Shown here: positions 18,515-29,877 of the stretch, piece by piece
Numbering within the stretch: position 1 is the first letter of the stretch
Layout: the number at the start of each line of letters is the position of its first letter
DNA from: an uncultured Chloroflexia bacterium
Lineage (GTDB): Bacteria; Chloroflexota; Anaerolineae; CG2-30-64-16
Reading direction: 5' to 3'
Length of the DNA: 64,000 nucleotides
Assembly: GCA_963774265.1 (NCBI GenBank)
Contig: CAVZDU010000005.1
Location: 320,001-384,000 of the forward strand
Program-made: the position numbers and the translations under genes
Notes under the pieces: model-generated
What the model saw: only the letters and a program-made list of their open reading frames with translations
What the model was told of the DNA's origin: nothing
Database searches by the model: none

Positions 18515-18574
18515 GGTTGGAGGCTGGATACTGGATGCTGGTTATAGAGTGTGTTACTCCGGAGGAGGTTGACC

Positions 18575-19438
18575 ATGCCTGAGACAGAGTCGGTAACCCT
18601 GAGCGGCGTGCCTGAAACGTTGCTCATTCCGCTCTACGTCCGGGCGATAGAATCGCAGCGCCCAGACGCTATGATGAAGGATGAGAAAGCCGTGGCGCTG
18701 GTCACGCAGAAGAGCTTCGACTTCACCGGGGTCAGGCAGATCCCGATGAACGAGGCGCTCAACGTAATGCGGATCATGCAAGTCCGCGAAATGGACCGCT
18801 ACGCCCGGGATTTCCTCAACCGTCACCCGGAGGCGGTGGTGGTTGACATCGGGTGTGGCCTCGATTCGCGCTTTGAGCGCGTCTGCTCTGAGCGGCCGGA
18901 CAACGGCCAGGCGGAGTGGTACGACATGGACTTGCCGGAAATCATTGAACTGCGCCGCAGGTTCATTAGCGATGAGAAAGAGCGGTATCATCTGCTGGGC
19001 TGTTCGGTGTTCGAGGACACCTGGCTGGAGGCGGTCAGCGTACATCGCCAACGCCCCTTCCTGTTTCTGGCCGAAGGTGTGTTTGTGTACTTCGAAGAAG
19101 CGCAGGTCAAGTCGCTGGTGCTGACCCTGCTCAATCGTTTCCCAGGCTCGGAGATGGTCTTCGATGTCTTTTCGCCGTTCGGCGTCTGGGAGTGCAACTT
19201 CGCAATCTCTCGCTCCAAGCTCAGTGCCCGTGCCCACTGGGGTACCTGGCACGGCCGGGAGATCGAAGGCTGGGTCGGCGCCAGCCGAGCTGCCGGCAGC
19301 ATCCGCCTGCTCGATGAATGGGGAGTCTTCGACCGGCCTGAGCCGCGGCTGGACCCCTTTCGCTGGATGGCACCCATCTATCACCTGCTCAAGCCAGTGC
19401 GCATCTGCCACTTCCAACTTGGAAAAGCAGCCGGGTGA
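18575..19438 (+). CDS. LCM-type O-methyltransferase (TcmP-like)
   Basis: GVPETLLIPLYVRAIES, VVDIGCGLDSRFER, WYDMDLPE, FLAEGVFVY. Confidence 0.9.
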   Translation: MPETESVTLSGVPETLLIPLYVRAIESQRPDAMMKDEKAVALVTQKSFDFTGVRQIPMNEALNVMRIMQVREMDRYARDFLNRHPEAVVVDIGCGLDSRFERVCSERPDNGQAEWYDMDLPEIIELRRRFISDEKERYHLLGCSVFEDTWLEAVSVHRQRPFLFLAEGVFVYFEEAQVKSLVLTLLNRFPGSEMVFDVFSPFGVWECNFAISRSKLSARAHWGTWHGREIEGWVGASRAAGSIRLLDEWGVFDRPEPRLDPFRWMAPIYHLLKPVRICHFQLGKAAG

Positions 19439-19579
19439 AAAGACTTTTCATTTCCGCAAAATACGTGTTTCCTCGCCTGCACATCGATGCCTTCTCACGC
19501 CTTTTGCAGAACAAGGAGATTCTTGACCTCCGGCGTGGTATAATGCCGTCCGTCCGTTGCTCATACAGGAGGCATCATC

Positions 19580-20488
19580 ATGGCCAGTGTCGCTGCCAGT
19601 CCGGCCAGCCGATCTCCCGCCCGCCGCATCGTTCTGGTCTCCATTGCGGCATCCATCGTCACCATGCTGCTCAAGTTCGGGGCGTACATGCTCACGCATT
19701 CGGTCAGCCTCCTCTCGGATGCGGCCGAGTCGTCGGTGAACCTGGTGGCCGCGCTGGTGGCATTCGGCGCTCTCACCGTCGCGTGCGCGGCCTGCCGACG
19801 AAGAGTTCCGTTACGGATACGAAAAGGCCGAATACTTCTCCAGCGGCGTGGAAGGCGCGCTGATCCTGGTCGCAGCGGTGACTATCATCTACACGGCGAT
19901 CAACCGCTTCCTCAACCCCTCTCCGTTGTACGGATCTCGGTCCCGGCCTGGGCATTGCCTTGGTAGCCTCCGGCATCAACTTCGGCGTCTCACGCTTCAT
20001 GCTGCACAAGGCCGAACAAGTACGACAGCATCACCCTGGAGGCCGATGCCCACCATCTCATGACCGACGTCTGGACGTCGGTGGGCGTGGTCGCTGCCCT
20101 CGTCGTGGTGATGTTCGCGCCGCCGAGCTGGGCGATCCTCGATCCGATCATCGCCGTGGCTGTGGCTTTGAACATCATTCGCACCGGCGTGAACCTCGTG
20201 AAGCGGTCGGCAGCCGGATTGATGGATATCAGCTTGCCCGCGGACGAGATGGATCAGATCGAGGAAGTGCTGCGGGCGAAGGAAGGCCAGGATGTCGTCT
20301 ATCACAAGTTTCGTACGCGTAAGTCTGCCTCACGGCGCTACGTGGAATTCCATCTGTTGGTGCCCGGCAATCTCAGTGTGCGGGCCGCGCACGATCGGTG
20401 CACCGCGATCGAGGCCGAGCTCCGCAGTCGGTGGCCCAAAACGCGGATAACGATTCATGTCGAGCCCAAGGAGACCGGGGGCGTGTAA
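19580..20488 (+). CDS. Cation diffusion facilitator (FieF-like), frameshifted
   Basis: [52 protein letters not shown]; TGgTATAAT at 19536-19544. Confidence 0.85.
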
Positions 20489-20558
20489 CTGGTACCTTAT
20501 CGTTGTGATCGCGCGCTTGCTTCCGGGAATCGCCCCCTGACCCGGGCGCACGAAAACT

Positions 20559-20590
20559 ACCGGCCTTGCACAGCGCTGTGCAAGGCCGGT
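20559..20590. terminator. Perfect 32-bp palindrome/terminator
   Basis: accggccttgcacagc|gctgtgcaaggccggt followed by a T-run. Confidence 0.65.
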
Positions 20591-20723
20591 TTTGTGATCA
20601 GCCTATAGAACTGGATTGGCAACGCAGGTTTTTTTCTTGGAACGAAAAGCGGACAGGCGCCTGCGTCCGTCCGCTTTTGCCAGGACCTTCGGGTTCGTGG
20701 CGAACCCGGAGGTCCGCCTGCCA

Positions 20724-20825
20724 TTAGTACCGCGTCGAGATCGTCGGTCGTGCCAGAACTACTCCGATGATTAGGCCAAGGATGAAGGCAATCAGTATCA
20801 AGATCAGAGTCACTTCTGGGTCCAT
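20724..20825 (-). CDS. 33-aa single-TM small protein
   Basis: MDPEVTLILILIAFILGLIIGVVLARPTISTRY; upstream gaaaggatggtgg RBS; downstream hairpins at 20645-20715. Confidence 0.65.
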   Translation of the reverse strand: MDPEVTLILILIAFILGLIIGVVLARPTISTRY

Positions 20826-21047
20826 ATCGCCACCATCCTTTCTTGATCCAGCGACGATTGGGAGGTCAGGCCCCCGTCGTCCTGACTTGTAGTGCGTCGC
20901 CTCATGCCGGAAGTAAACCATGTTTCGAGGGCGCGGTCTATCGCCCCGTGGCATGAAAAGCCGAAAGCGACTTCGCCCGCGGGTTCGTAACCACAGGTGG
21001 GATGGGGTGGGTGATGTGCGCGGTGCGTCGCGGGTTAACCGCGCAGG

Positions 21048-21734
21048 TTAATCATTCAGCATGCCCAGGAAGCGCGCGAGCGCGACGGCCTGTTGCGTCT
21101 TCTGCACGCCGAACTTGTTGCGAATGCTGGTCAACTGGCTCTTGATGGTATCAATGGATGTGTTGCGCGCGGCCGCCAGGGCCTGGTACGACAGGCCTTG
21201 GGCGAAACCGGCGAGCACGACGCGCTCCGCGGGCGACAGCGGGGGGAGCCTGTTAGCGTCGGCCTCCAGCAGTTTCTCCGATGGCAGATCGAGGTGGAGA
21301 CGCAGTGCCTGCACGAGCGCGCCATCGTAATAGGTCCCACCCGCCACCAGCATCCGCACGATGGCGGCAAGGTCAGGCCGCCGGGCCTCCGGCATTTCCT
21401 TGCTCACAAAGGCCGCGGCCCCCCGATCGAGCGCGGCGATGAAGCGGGCCAGGTTTGGGAAATGCGAGAGGACGATGGTGTGCGTGGGCGAACCGGCGCT
21501 CCGCAACCGCTCCAACATGTTGAGCCCGGCGCGGTCGTCATCTGAGATGATCAGGTCGACGATGGCGATGTCGGGCTGCTCCGCCAGCACAAGATCGAAG
21601 AATTTACCCGGCTCATCGGTATCGCCGATGACGCGGATATCGCCAGCGCTGGTCAGGTCGCGGACGATGCCCGCGCGTTCCCAGCGGTTATCCTCCAGCA
21701 CTGCGACGGAGATGATGCGCGGTTCGGCGATCAT
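21048..21734 (-). CDS. NarL/LuxR-family response regulator
   Basis: VAVLEDN, IAIVDL, FVSK; C-terminal LSPAERVVL...GLSYQALA...TIKSQLTSIRNKFG. Confidence 0.88.
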   Translation of the reverse strand: MIAEPRIISVAVLEDNRWERAGIVRDLTSAGDIRVIGDTDEPGKFFDLVLAEQPDIAIVDLIISDDDRAGLNMLERLRSAGSPTHTIVLSHFPNLARFIAALDRGAAAFVSKEMPEARRPDLAAIVRMLVAGGTYYDGALVQALRLHLDLPSEKLLEADANRLPPLSPAERVVLAGFAQGLSYQALAAARNTSIDTIKSQLTSIRNKFGVQKTQQAVALARFLGMLND

Positions 21735-24022
21735 GCCGCCACCCTTTCTCCTACCGGCAAGGGCAGGCGGATCGTGATGTGGGCGCCTTTGCCGGGCGCC
21801 GCCTGAATGTTGCAGGTGCCGCGCAGTCGCTCCGCGCGATCGCGGGCGTGTTTCAGTCCGCGTGGCTGCACCCACTCCGGGTTGAAGCCCCGGCCGTTGT
21901 CCACCACCTGAATACACACCCCATCGTCCTCGAGATCGCACGACAACGCCAGATGCGTGGTCTTGCCGTGGCGCAGGGCGTTCAGGATCAGCTCGCTCAG
22001 CATCAACTCGATCTCGGTGGGATAGGGTGGAGGCAGACTATCCGCGGCGGCCGTCCAGTCCACAGCTACGGTCATTTGGTAGATCTTGCGCAGCCGGTTT
22101 GCCACCACCTCCACTTCTGCGGAGAGGGGCCTCACTATCGCATCTTCCAGCGATTGATTGAGATAAGTGATCGCCTGCGCCATCTCGTCCAGCATCTCCA
22201 GGCCCGCGGTCAGTCGCTCCGCATCGATGGCATCGAGCGCCCCGCGCTGTAGCACGTCGCGGATGGCACTGCCGGCGTGGCTGGTGTTGCCTTTGAGTTG
22301 ATCGTGCACCAGTGCGCCGATTTCCTGGCGTTGCAGCTCCAGCTCCCGTTCGTCCAACTGCGCCTGCCGGATGGCGAGCGCGGCCAGGTCGGCAAACACA
22401 TTCGCGCCCTTCTTAAACGCATCGTTGAACTCCTGCGGCTGGCGGAAGTTCACGAACATGATGCCGACGCAATCGTACCCGGCGGCGAGCTTGTACACGG
22501 CGCGCGCTCGCACCTCTTCCCGCACCTCGAACCCGTGGGAGCGGGAGCTTCTGCGCTGGGAATCGGGCCAGAACGGCAGGTCGGGTGCGGGTGAACAGAG
22601 GTCTTCGCGGTAGTAGCACAATGCCGGGTCGGCCAGCAGCCGCACAAACAGGCCGCCCGGAACCATGCGCGGCGCGTGCACCAGGTCGGGCAAATTCAGT
22701 TTGCCGGCGCACGTGGGCGAGCTGACCGCGCCCGTTTGCGGGTTGCGCTCGTACAGCGCGACGATGTCCGCCTGCAGAAGGTCGCGGACGCCTTCCGCGA
22801 TCTGCTGCAGGGTGCCCTCCAGATCGTTCTGCGCCAGCAGCCGCACCGCCATGCTTTGGATCAGCTCGCTGAAGCGACGCCGCCAGCGGTGTGCACCCAC
22901 ATTATCCATCGTGCGGGCCAGCTGCACAGCGAGCACCTCCATCACGGCCTGGTCGTGCGGCATGAACGCCTGCGATCGATGCGCCTGCACATCGAGCACG
23001 CCCAGCAGCCGCTGATCGCGCTGGATGGGCACGACCAGCTCCGCTTTCGTTTTCTCGAATACCACATGGGGCAGGTAGTCGTCCGCATGCTCCGTGTCGT
23101 TGCGCAGCTGAGTCTGCCCGGTCTTCGCGGCGGCGACGACGAGGCTGCGTTCGTTGGTCAGGCTGAACCCGGCATCCACCAGTTGCTGCCCGGCGGGCGA
23201 GGCCGCAGCGACACACGTGAGCTTACCGTCGGGCTGCTGCTGAAACACGTTGACGTGGGGGAACGCGTAGTCTTCCCGAATGCGACTGACGGTCGATTTG
23301 AGCGCCAGCGCCATGTTCTGCGGACCAAGGTTGGCAATGGCGCTCTGCTCGTGTTCCCGCATCTCACCGGTGACATTGTGCAGCAGTTCTACGTCGGCGT
23401 ACAGGTTGCCCACAAAACGGACGAACAGATGCAAGGTGAAGCTGAGCAGCGAGAGCCACACGATCTTCTCCATCAGACCGAGCGCGATGGGCTCCGTTTG
23501 CGTGATGGCGGGCGCCACATCTGCTGCGATGACTGTGGTGAGTACGAGAGAGGCGATGGCCGCTGCCAAGGCGATCAGCATATGCTCGGTGGAGCTGCGC
23601 TGGCTGACGAAGAGCGTGCCGAGGAACAGGAGTAGCCACAGCGTGTGGTTGAGCCCGCCACGCTGGAGAAAGGTAGTGAACACGTAGAGATAGATTTGGA
23701 GCGCGGTGACGGCCGCAATAAGCATGAGGGCGCGGACCAACTCGTATACCTTGCGCTCGGGGCGTCCCTGCGCGGCGTCGCGTGCGCGACGCCAGTGTCT
23801 GAGCAAGAAAACCACCCAGTAGCCCAGGACCGTCACCAGGCCAAGGATGGGCTCATAGGGTGTCACGGTCACCAGCAGGACGAGGGTGATGCCGCCCGCA
23901 ACGATCAGCCCGTACCAGCGCTGGAAGAAGGCAATGCGGCCGCGGCGTGGCCTCGCATCGGAGAAAACGAGGCTATCCGATGCGAAGATGTCGAGCGTAA
24001 GGCGAATCCCTGGCACTGGCAT
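21731..24022 (-). CDS. Membrane sensor histidine kinase with two GAF domains (HisKA_3/NarX-type)
   Basis: About 6 TM segments, AELVVPI...GVLDVQ GAF, LVHDQLKG H-box, ELILNALRHG, DNGRGF, GLKHARDR; start chosen from RBS ggag and TATAAT at 24082-24077. Confidence 0.85.
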   Translation of the reverse strand: MPVPGIRLTLDIFASDSLVFSDARPRRGRIAFFQRWYGLIVAGGITLVLLVTVTPYEPILGLVTVLGYWVVFLLRHWRRARDAAQGRPERKVYELVRALMLIAAVTALQIYLYVFTTFLQRGGLNHTLWLLLFLGTLFVSQRSSTEHMLIALAAAIASLVLTTVIAADVAPAITQTEPIALGLMEKIVWLSLLSFTLHLFVRFVGNLYADVELLHNVTGEMREHEQSAIANLGPQNMALALKSTVSRIREDYAFPHVNVFQQQPDGKLTCVAAASPAGQQLVDAGFSLTNERSLVVAAAKTGQTQLRNDTEHADDYLPHVVFEKTKAELVVPIQRDQRLLGVLDVQAHRSQAFMPHDQAVMEVLAVQLARTMDNVGAHRWRRRFSELIQSMAVRLLAQNDLEGTLQQIAEGVRDLLQADIVALYERNPQTGAVSSPTCAGKLNLPDLVHAPRMVPGGLFVRLLADPALCYYREDLCSPAPDLPFWPDSQRRSSRSHGFEVREEVRARAVYKLAAGYDCVGIMFVNFRQPQEFNDAFKKGANVFADLAALAIRQAQLDERELELQRQEIGALVHDQLKGNTSHAGSAIRDVLQRGALDAIDAERLTAGLEMLDEMAQAITYLNQSLEDAIVRPLSAEVEVVANRLRKIYQMTVAVDWTAAADSLPPPYPTEIELMLSELILNALRHGKTTHLALSCDLEDDGVCIQVVDNGRGFNPEWVQPRGLKHARDRAERLRGTCNIQAAPGKGAHITIRLPLPVGERVAA

Positions 24023-24162
24023 TAACTCCAAACGACGAACGGGCGGAACGCGCGGGGGCGGCCCACCATGCTGCGCATTATAGAGTGCGTGCGCTGCCGT
24101 GTCTATCCCCGCGTGGGGCGCGGTTATCGCCAATGCGGGTTAACCCTGTGGGTGATGCGCGC

Positions 24163-26111
24163 CTAGTCCAATTCGTGCTGCCCCGTGTACAGCTCGTAGT
24201 ACCGCCCGCGCTGCGCCAGCAGATCGTCGTGGTCCCCACGCTCGATGATCTTCCCGTCCTCGATCACCAGGATCGCGTTGGCGTTGCGCACGGTCGAGAG
24301 GCGGTGCGCGATCACGAAGACGGTCCGGTCCTTCATCAGCGTGTCCATGCCCTTTTCGATCAGGCGCTCGGTGCGCGTGTCGATCGAGCTGGTCGCCTCG
24401 TCCAGGATCATCACCGGCGGGTCGGCCACCGCGGTGCGTGCGATCGCCAGGAGCTGGCGCTGCCCCTGCGACAGGTTCGCGCCGTCCGCGGTGATCATCG
24501 GTCTGATAGCCCTGCGGCAGGCGCTTGATGAACGAATGTGCGTTGGCCTGCTTGGCCGCTTGCATGCACTCCTCGTCGGTGGCGTCCAGCCGGCCGTAGC
24601 GGATGTTCTCCATGACCGTGCCGGTGAAGAGGTGGGTGTCCTGCAGCACCATGCCGATCGAATCGCGCAGGCCATCCTTGCGGATTTGCTTGATGTCGAT
24701 CCCGTCGAAGGTGATACTGCCCTGCTCGATCTCGTAGAAGCGGTTGATCAGGTTCGTGATGGTGGTCTTGCCCGCGCCGGTCGACCCGACGAAGGCGATC
24801 TTCTGGCCCGGCTTGGCATACAGCGAGACGTCGTGCAGCACGACCTTGTCCGGCGACGTAGCCGAAGGTGACGTTGTGAGAAGCGGACGTCGCCCTTTAG
24901 CTCGGTGTAGGGCGGCAGCTCCTCAGCCTCGGGACAGTGCCAGGCCCAGTGCGTGGGATGTGCGCCGTTGCGGCTCGCCTCGATGGTCGCCGTCCTGCCC
25001 GATCGTCGCTCCCACCAGTGTCACGCACCCTTCGTCCACCTCGGGCGCTTGATCCATCATCTCGAAGACCCGCTCGGCGCCGGCCAGCGCCGCCAGCACC
25101 GTGTTGAACTGGTTGGAGATCTGCTGCACGGGCATGCCCACCTGGCGGGTGTACTGCAGGAAGGCCGCCAGCGAGCCGATGTCGAAGCGGCCCATCACCG
25201 CGAGCACGCCCGCCCACGAGGGCCGTGGCCGCATAGGCGATGTTGTTCAGGTTGCCCACGACGGGCATCACGACGCGCGGCGAAGAAGTTGGCGCTCGGT
25301 GGCGGCCTGGCGGTAGGCTTCGTTGCGCTTCTTGAACTCGGCGATGGCCGCGTGCTCGTGGCCGAACACCTTGACGACCTTCAGCCCCTCCACCATCTCC
25401 TCGACGTAGCCGTTGACGTTGCCCAGGTTCTGCTGCTGCTGCCGGAAGTAGTTGCGGCTCTTGCCGCCGATCTTGCGCATGATGAAGAACATCAGGCCAG
25501 CACCAGCCGCGGTGACGAGGAACAGGATCGGGCTGAGCATCAGCATCAGCACGATCGCGCCGACAAAGCTGAGCACGCTGGAGATGAGCTGTACCAGGCT
25601 CTGCTCGAACGCCATCTGCACGTTGTCGATGTCGTTGGTGAAGCGGCTCATCAGCTCGCCGTGGGTGTGGCTGTCGAAGTAGCGCAGGGGCAGGCTCTGC
25701 ATCTTGGCGAACAGATCGCGGCGCAGGGTGTTGGCAGGTGCGCTGGGCCACCTGGATCATGAGCCGGCTCTGCCCGTAGGACGCGGCCACGCCGACCAGG
25801 TAGATGCCGGCCAGCACGATCAGGCCGCGCGCCAGGCCGGCGAAGTCACCCGGCAGGATGTAGTTGTTGATCAGCGGCTTCAGGAAGTAGTTGCCGGCCA
25901 ACATGCTGCCGAGCTGAGCAGCATCAGGACCAGAACAACGACCAGCAGCGTCAGCCTACGCGCCTTCAGATAGCCCAACAGGCGGAGGGCGATCTTCGTG
26001 GCGTCCTTGGGCTTCTCAAAGTGGCCGCGTGGCCCCGGGGCCCGCGGCCCTGGCATGCGGCCGGCCGCGCTGGGCGGCCTTCTGAGTCGTGGTGCTTCTC
26101 GTGTCGCTCAT
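24163..26111 (-). CDS. ABC exporter ATPase/permease, subunit B of a heterodimer (multiple frameshifts)
   Basis: GSTGAGKTT, LSQGQRQL, ILDEATSSIDT, IAHRLST; TM domain in ORF fragments. Confidence 0.85.
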
Positions 26112-27875
26112 TGCGCCAGCACCCCCTCCTGCTGCGATTGGTTGATTTCCTGGTAGACCGTGTTGTCGGCCAGCAGGGACTCGGTGGGTGCCGACGCCGA
26201 CGATCTTGCCGTCGTCGAGCACGATGATCTTGTCCGCGTCGCGCACCGAGCTGATGCGCTGGGCGATGATGAAGATGGTCGTCTGCGCCAGGTTGTGGTA
26301 GAAGGACTCGCGGATGCGGGCCTCGGTCGCCGAGTCCACCGCGCTGGTGCTGTCGTCGAGGATCAGGATCTTCGGCTGCTTGAGCATGGCGCGGGCGATG
26401 CACAGCCGCTGCTTCTGCCCGCCGGACAGGTTCACCCCGCCCTGGCCCGAGCTCGGTGTCGTAGCCCTCGGGGAAGGACATGATGAAATCGTGGGCCTGG
26501 GCATCCTCGCAGGCGGCCTCGATCTCCGCCTGGGTCGCGTCCGCCCGGCCCCACAGCAGGTTCTCGCGGATCGTGCCGGAGAAGAGCGTGTTGTTCTGCA
26601 GCACCACGCCGATGGCGCCGCGCAGGCCGTCGAGCGTGATAGTCGCGCACATCGACGCCGTCCACCAGGACCGCGCCGCGCCGTGACGTCGTAGAGCCGG
26701 GGGATCAGGTTGACCAGGGTGGATTTGCCGGAGCCGGTGCCGCCGACGATGGCCGACCACCTCGCCGGGTTCGGCCGTGAAGCTGATGCCCGAGAGCACC
26801 TCTTCGCCGGTGCCGGTCAGGCTGTATTTGAAGGATACATCCGCGGAACTCGACCTTGCCCTGCGGTCACCTGCGGCAGTCGGCTGGCCGCCGTGCGGCC
26901 AGCGTGCGGGCTTGTCGACGATGTCCACCTCGGTCGTCCAGCACCTCGAGCACGCGCACGCCCGCTGGCCTGGGCGCGCGCGGACATGATGAAGACCATC
27001 GAGATCATCATCACGCTCATCAGGATCTGGAACACGTAGCTGAGGAAGCTGATCAGCTCGCCCGCGCCCAGCGTTCCTGCGAAGACCATGTGCCCGCCCA
27101 GCCAGATGATGGCGAGGGTCGCGCCGTTCATGACCAGCATCATCACCGGCATGTTCGAGGATGACGATGCTGACGGCCCGGATGAATGCGTTGGTCAGGG
27201 CGTCGTTGGACTTCTGGAACTTCGCGATCTCGAAATCCTGACGCACGAACGCCTTGACGACCCGCTGGCCGATCAGGTTCTCCTGGATCGTGCTGTTGAT
27301 CGCGTCGATGCGTCTCCTGCACGATGGCGAACCGCCTGGTGGCCGTCCTGAGGATGAACGCGATGCCGAGCACCAGCAGCGGGATGGCGATCGCGAGCAC
27401 CACGGAGAGCTCGGCGTTGATGCTGTAGGCCAGGACAAAGGCGATGATCAGCATGCAGCGGCGCGCGCAAGCAGGATGCGCAGCGCCATCATGAAGGTGA
27501 TCTGCAGGTTGTTGACGTCGTTGGTCAGGCGGGTGACCAGGGACGCGGTGCTGAACTGGTCGATGTTGGTGAAGGAGAACTGCTGCACCTTCGCGAAGAG
27601 CGCGTCGCGCAGGTTAGCGCCGAAGCCCATGCTGCCGACCGTCGACAGGCGCATGAAGATGATGCCGAAGCCGATCGCCGCGAGGGCCAGCAGCACCATG
27701 TAGAGCCCGATCCGCGCGATGTAGCCGACATCCTTGTTCGCGATGCCCACGTCGACGATCGTGGACATGAGCAGCGGCATGCTCAGCTCGCCATGACATC
27801 GAGCAGGATGAAGATGGGCGTCAGGAAAACGTACTTTTTGTACCGGCCCACGTAGCCGGCCAGTGTCTTGATCAA
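26108..27875 (-). CDS. ABC exporter ATPase/permease, subunit A of a heterodimer (multiple frameshifts)
   Basis: SLVTRLTNDV, LSGGQKQRL, degenerate ILDDSTSAVD and IAQRISS as in TM287-type subunits; TTG start after aaggag. Confidence 0.85.
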
Positions 27876-28096
27876 GGGTGACTCCTTCCCGTCCGCGACG
27901 GATTAGATATTGTACGCCCGTGGTGGCGTAGGACAAATTTCCGCCCTGCTCAGTTGTCCCCAAGGTCAATCACGGGAGCGGCTGACGTGGCGCCCGTACC
28001 GTCTCGAATCTCAAAAACTGACCCCTTCACGGCGACTCTTTCGGGTGTATAATAGGCATGTGGTGAAGCGCGGACAGGCTCCGCAGGAGGTGACTC

Positions 28097-28330
28097 ATGA
28101 GCGAGCAGCGCGCAAGTTGGCCCAGGCGGTTCTACCGCTGGCTCTTCGGGGGTCCGTTCCGCCAGTTGCCGCCGGCCTTTGGCAACCCGGTTCCACCGGA
28201 CCTGCAGCAGTTCGAGGAAGAGGCGGCTGACGCGGGGCGCCGGGGGATCGGCGGGGTGGCTCGGCAGGCGCCGGCACATCACGCAAAGACGCACCCGGCG
28301 CGCGGGGATGAGTCGCTAGAGCGACAATAG
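28097..28330 (+). CDS. Small hypothetical protein (77 aa)
   Basis: Strong RBS ggaggtga and TGTATAAT about 45 nt upstream. Confidence 0.6.
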   Translation: MSEQRASWPRRFYRWLFGGPFRQLPPAFGNPVPPDLQQFEEEAADAGRRGIGGVARQAPAHHAKTHPARGDESLERQ

Positions 28331-28349
28331 CCAGCGCGGCCGGCCTGAC

Positions 28350-29123
28350 TCAGGCCCCGCCCCCCAGTTCAGCGATAAACGACCCCATGAGGCCGAGCAG
28401 CACCTCGGGCTGATCGGCGTGGGGCGCGTGCCCGCTGCCCTCAACCAGCACCCCGCGGCGCTCCGCGCGCCCTCCGACGATTTCCGCCACCTGCGCCGGT
28501 GTCCCGTACTGATCGCCGTCGCCCTGCAGCACGAGGACGGGGACCTCAATGGCCGGCAGGGCATACACGAGGCTCCACGAACGGAACCACGGCGCAGACC
28601 AGGTGGCTGCCCAAGACCAGAATACCGCGTCGGTCTTTTCTCCATGGTAGCGGGCCAGGCCCGCCAGCTTGCCGGCCTCGTAAGCGCGGACGGCCGTCTG
28701 GAGGCCGGCCTTCGTATCGGTCTCGACAAAGACATGCGCGGCCTCCGTGATCACCCCAAGCAGCGCCGGGGGACGCTCCGCGGCATAGATCAGTGCAATG
28801 CTCCCACCATCTGAGTGCCCGATGAGGATGTGCTTGCGGCCGGGGATGACTCCTGCCAGCACGGTGGGGAGTTCCTGCAGCGCGGCTTCATGCAGGTAGT
28901 GGATGGTGCGTGGCCCGCGGCCGGGCGATGACTTTCCGTAGCTCACCCGATCGTAGACGAGCCCCGCGCGCCCCGTGGCCGCGGAAAGCCGTCGTGGGAA
29001 CGTCTTCCACATGGCCGTGCAGCCAAGGCCTTCATGCAAGAAGACCAGGACGGGACGATCCGCCGGCCCTTCGATGAGTTCGTAGTAAACCCGGTCGCCG
29101 TTCAGCAGGTCAAGGAATGCCAA
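28350..29123 (-). CDS. Alpha/beta hydrolase
   Basis: FLHEGLG, GHSDGG nucleophile elbow, QGDGDQYG, GHAPH. Confidence 0.9.
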   Translation of the reverse strand: MAFLDLLNGDRVYYELIEGPADRPVLVFLHEGLGCTAMWKTFPRRLSAATGRAGLVYDRVSYGKSSPGRGPRTIHYLHEAALQELPTVLAGVIPGRKHILIGHSDGGSIALIYAAERPPALLGVITEAAHVFVETDTKAGLQTAVRAYEAGKLAGLARYHGEKTDAVFWSWAATWSAPWFRSWSLVYALPAIEVPVLVLQGDGDQYGTPAQVAEIVGGRAERRGVLVEGSGHAPHADQPEVLLGLMGSFIAELGGGA

Positions 29124-29256
29124 ACCAACCTCCCCGAGTGGTCAGCACCGGTCGTGCAAGGAAAGAGGGGCGGGCTGACTGCGGAATGGTAGTACGCCGG
29201 AACGCCAAGCATCCTTCTGGATTTCACACACGGTGGTGGCTCCATTAGCGGACTCA

Positions 29257-29877
29257 CTAACGATTATTGACCGCCAGCTTGATGCCGAAGCCGATCAGCG
29301 CGATCCCTGCGAGGCGCGTGGCGACTTTTCGGGCCGAGGGTATGGATTTCAGCCGTTTCGCCACCGCATTGCCAACGAACACGAGGCCGGCCTGGTACAG
29401 GAGGCTGATGCCGGTGACATGCACCATCATAGCCGCGAGCGTCGCGTTGGACGATCCAGGACGCAGGAAGAGCGGGAAGAATGCCACGAAAAACAGGACG
29501 ACCTTCGGGTTTGTGAGGCTCACCGTCAAGGCCTGGCGGTAATAGACCCGGGCCGACTTCTTGGGTTCGGCGGCGCCCCCCTCACCCGTCGCGCCTGCGC
29601 GCAAGAGCTGAAGCCCCATCCAGCACAGGTAGCCTGCTCCGAACCACTGCAACGCCTGAAACAGGATCGGGTTTGCGTTCATGACCGCGGCCAGGCCTGC
29701 GACCGCAGCGACCATGAAGAGAAAGTCACCGGTGAGCGTGCCCAGCACCGCCCCAAGTCCTGCGCCGACTCCGTTTCTGGCCGTGGCGTTCAGGATGGTG
29801 AGGGTGCCCGGCCCCGGGATGAGCTGGAAGACGGTGATCGCGGCAACGAAGCTGCTGTAGTTACGGATATCGAACAC
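29257..29877 (-). CDS. LysE/RhtB-family exporter
   Basis: IPGPG, LQWFGAGYLCWMG, SLTNPKVVLFFVAFFP. Confidence 0.92.
   Translation of the reverse strand: MFDIRNYSSFVAAITVFQLIPGPGTLTILNATARNGVGAGLGAVLGTLTGDFLFMVAAVAGLAAVMNANPILFQALQWFGAGYLCWMGLQLLRAGATGEGGAAEPKKSARVYYRQALTVSLTNPKVVLFFVAFFPLFLRPGSSNATLAAMMVHVTGISLLYQAGLVFVGNAVAKRLKSIPSARKVATRLAGIALIGFGIKLAVNNR

Noticed and set aside
24163-27875. ABC exporter pseudogenes or programmed frameshifting
   Set aside because: Motifs intact, scattered single-base indels, no consistent slippery site; assembly error is more likely
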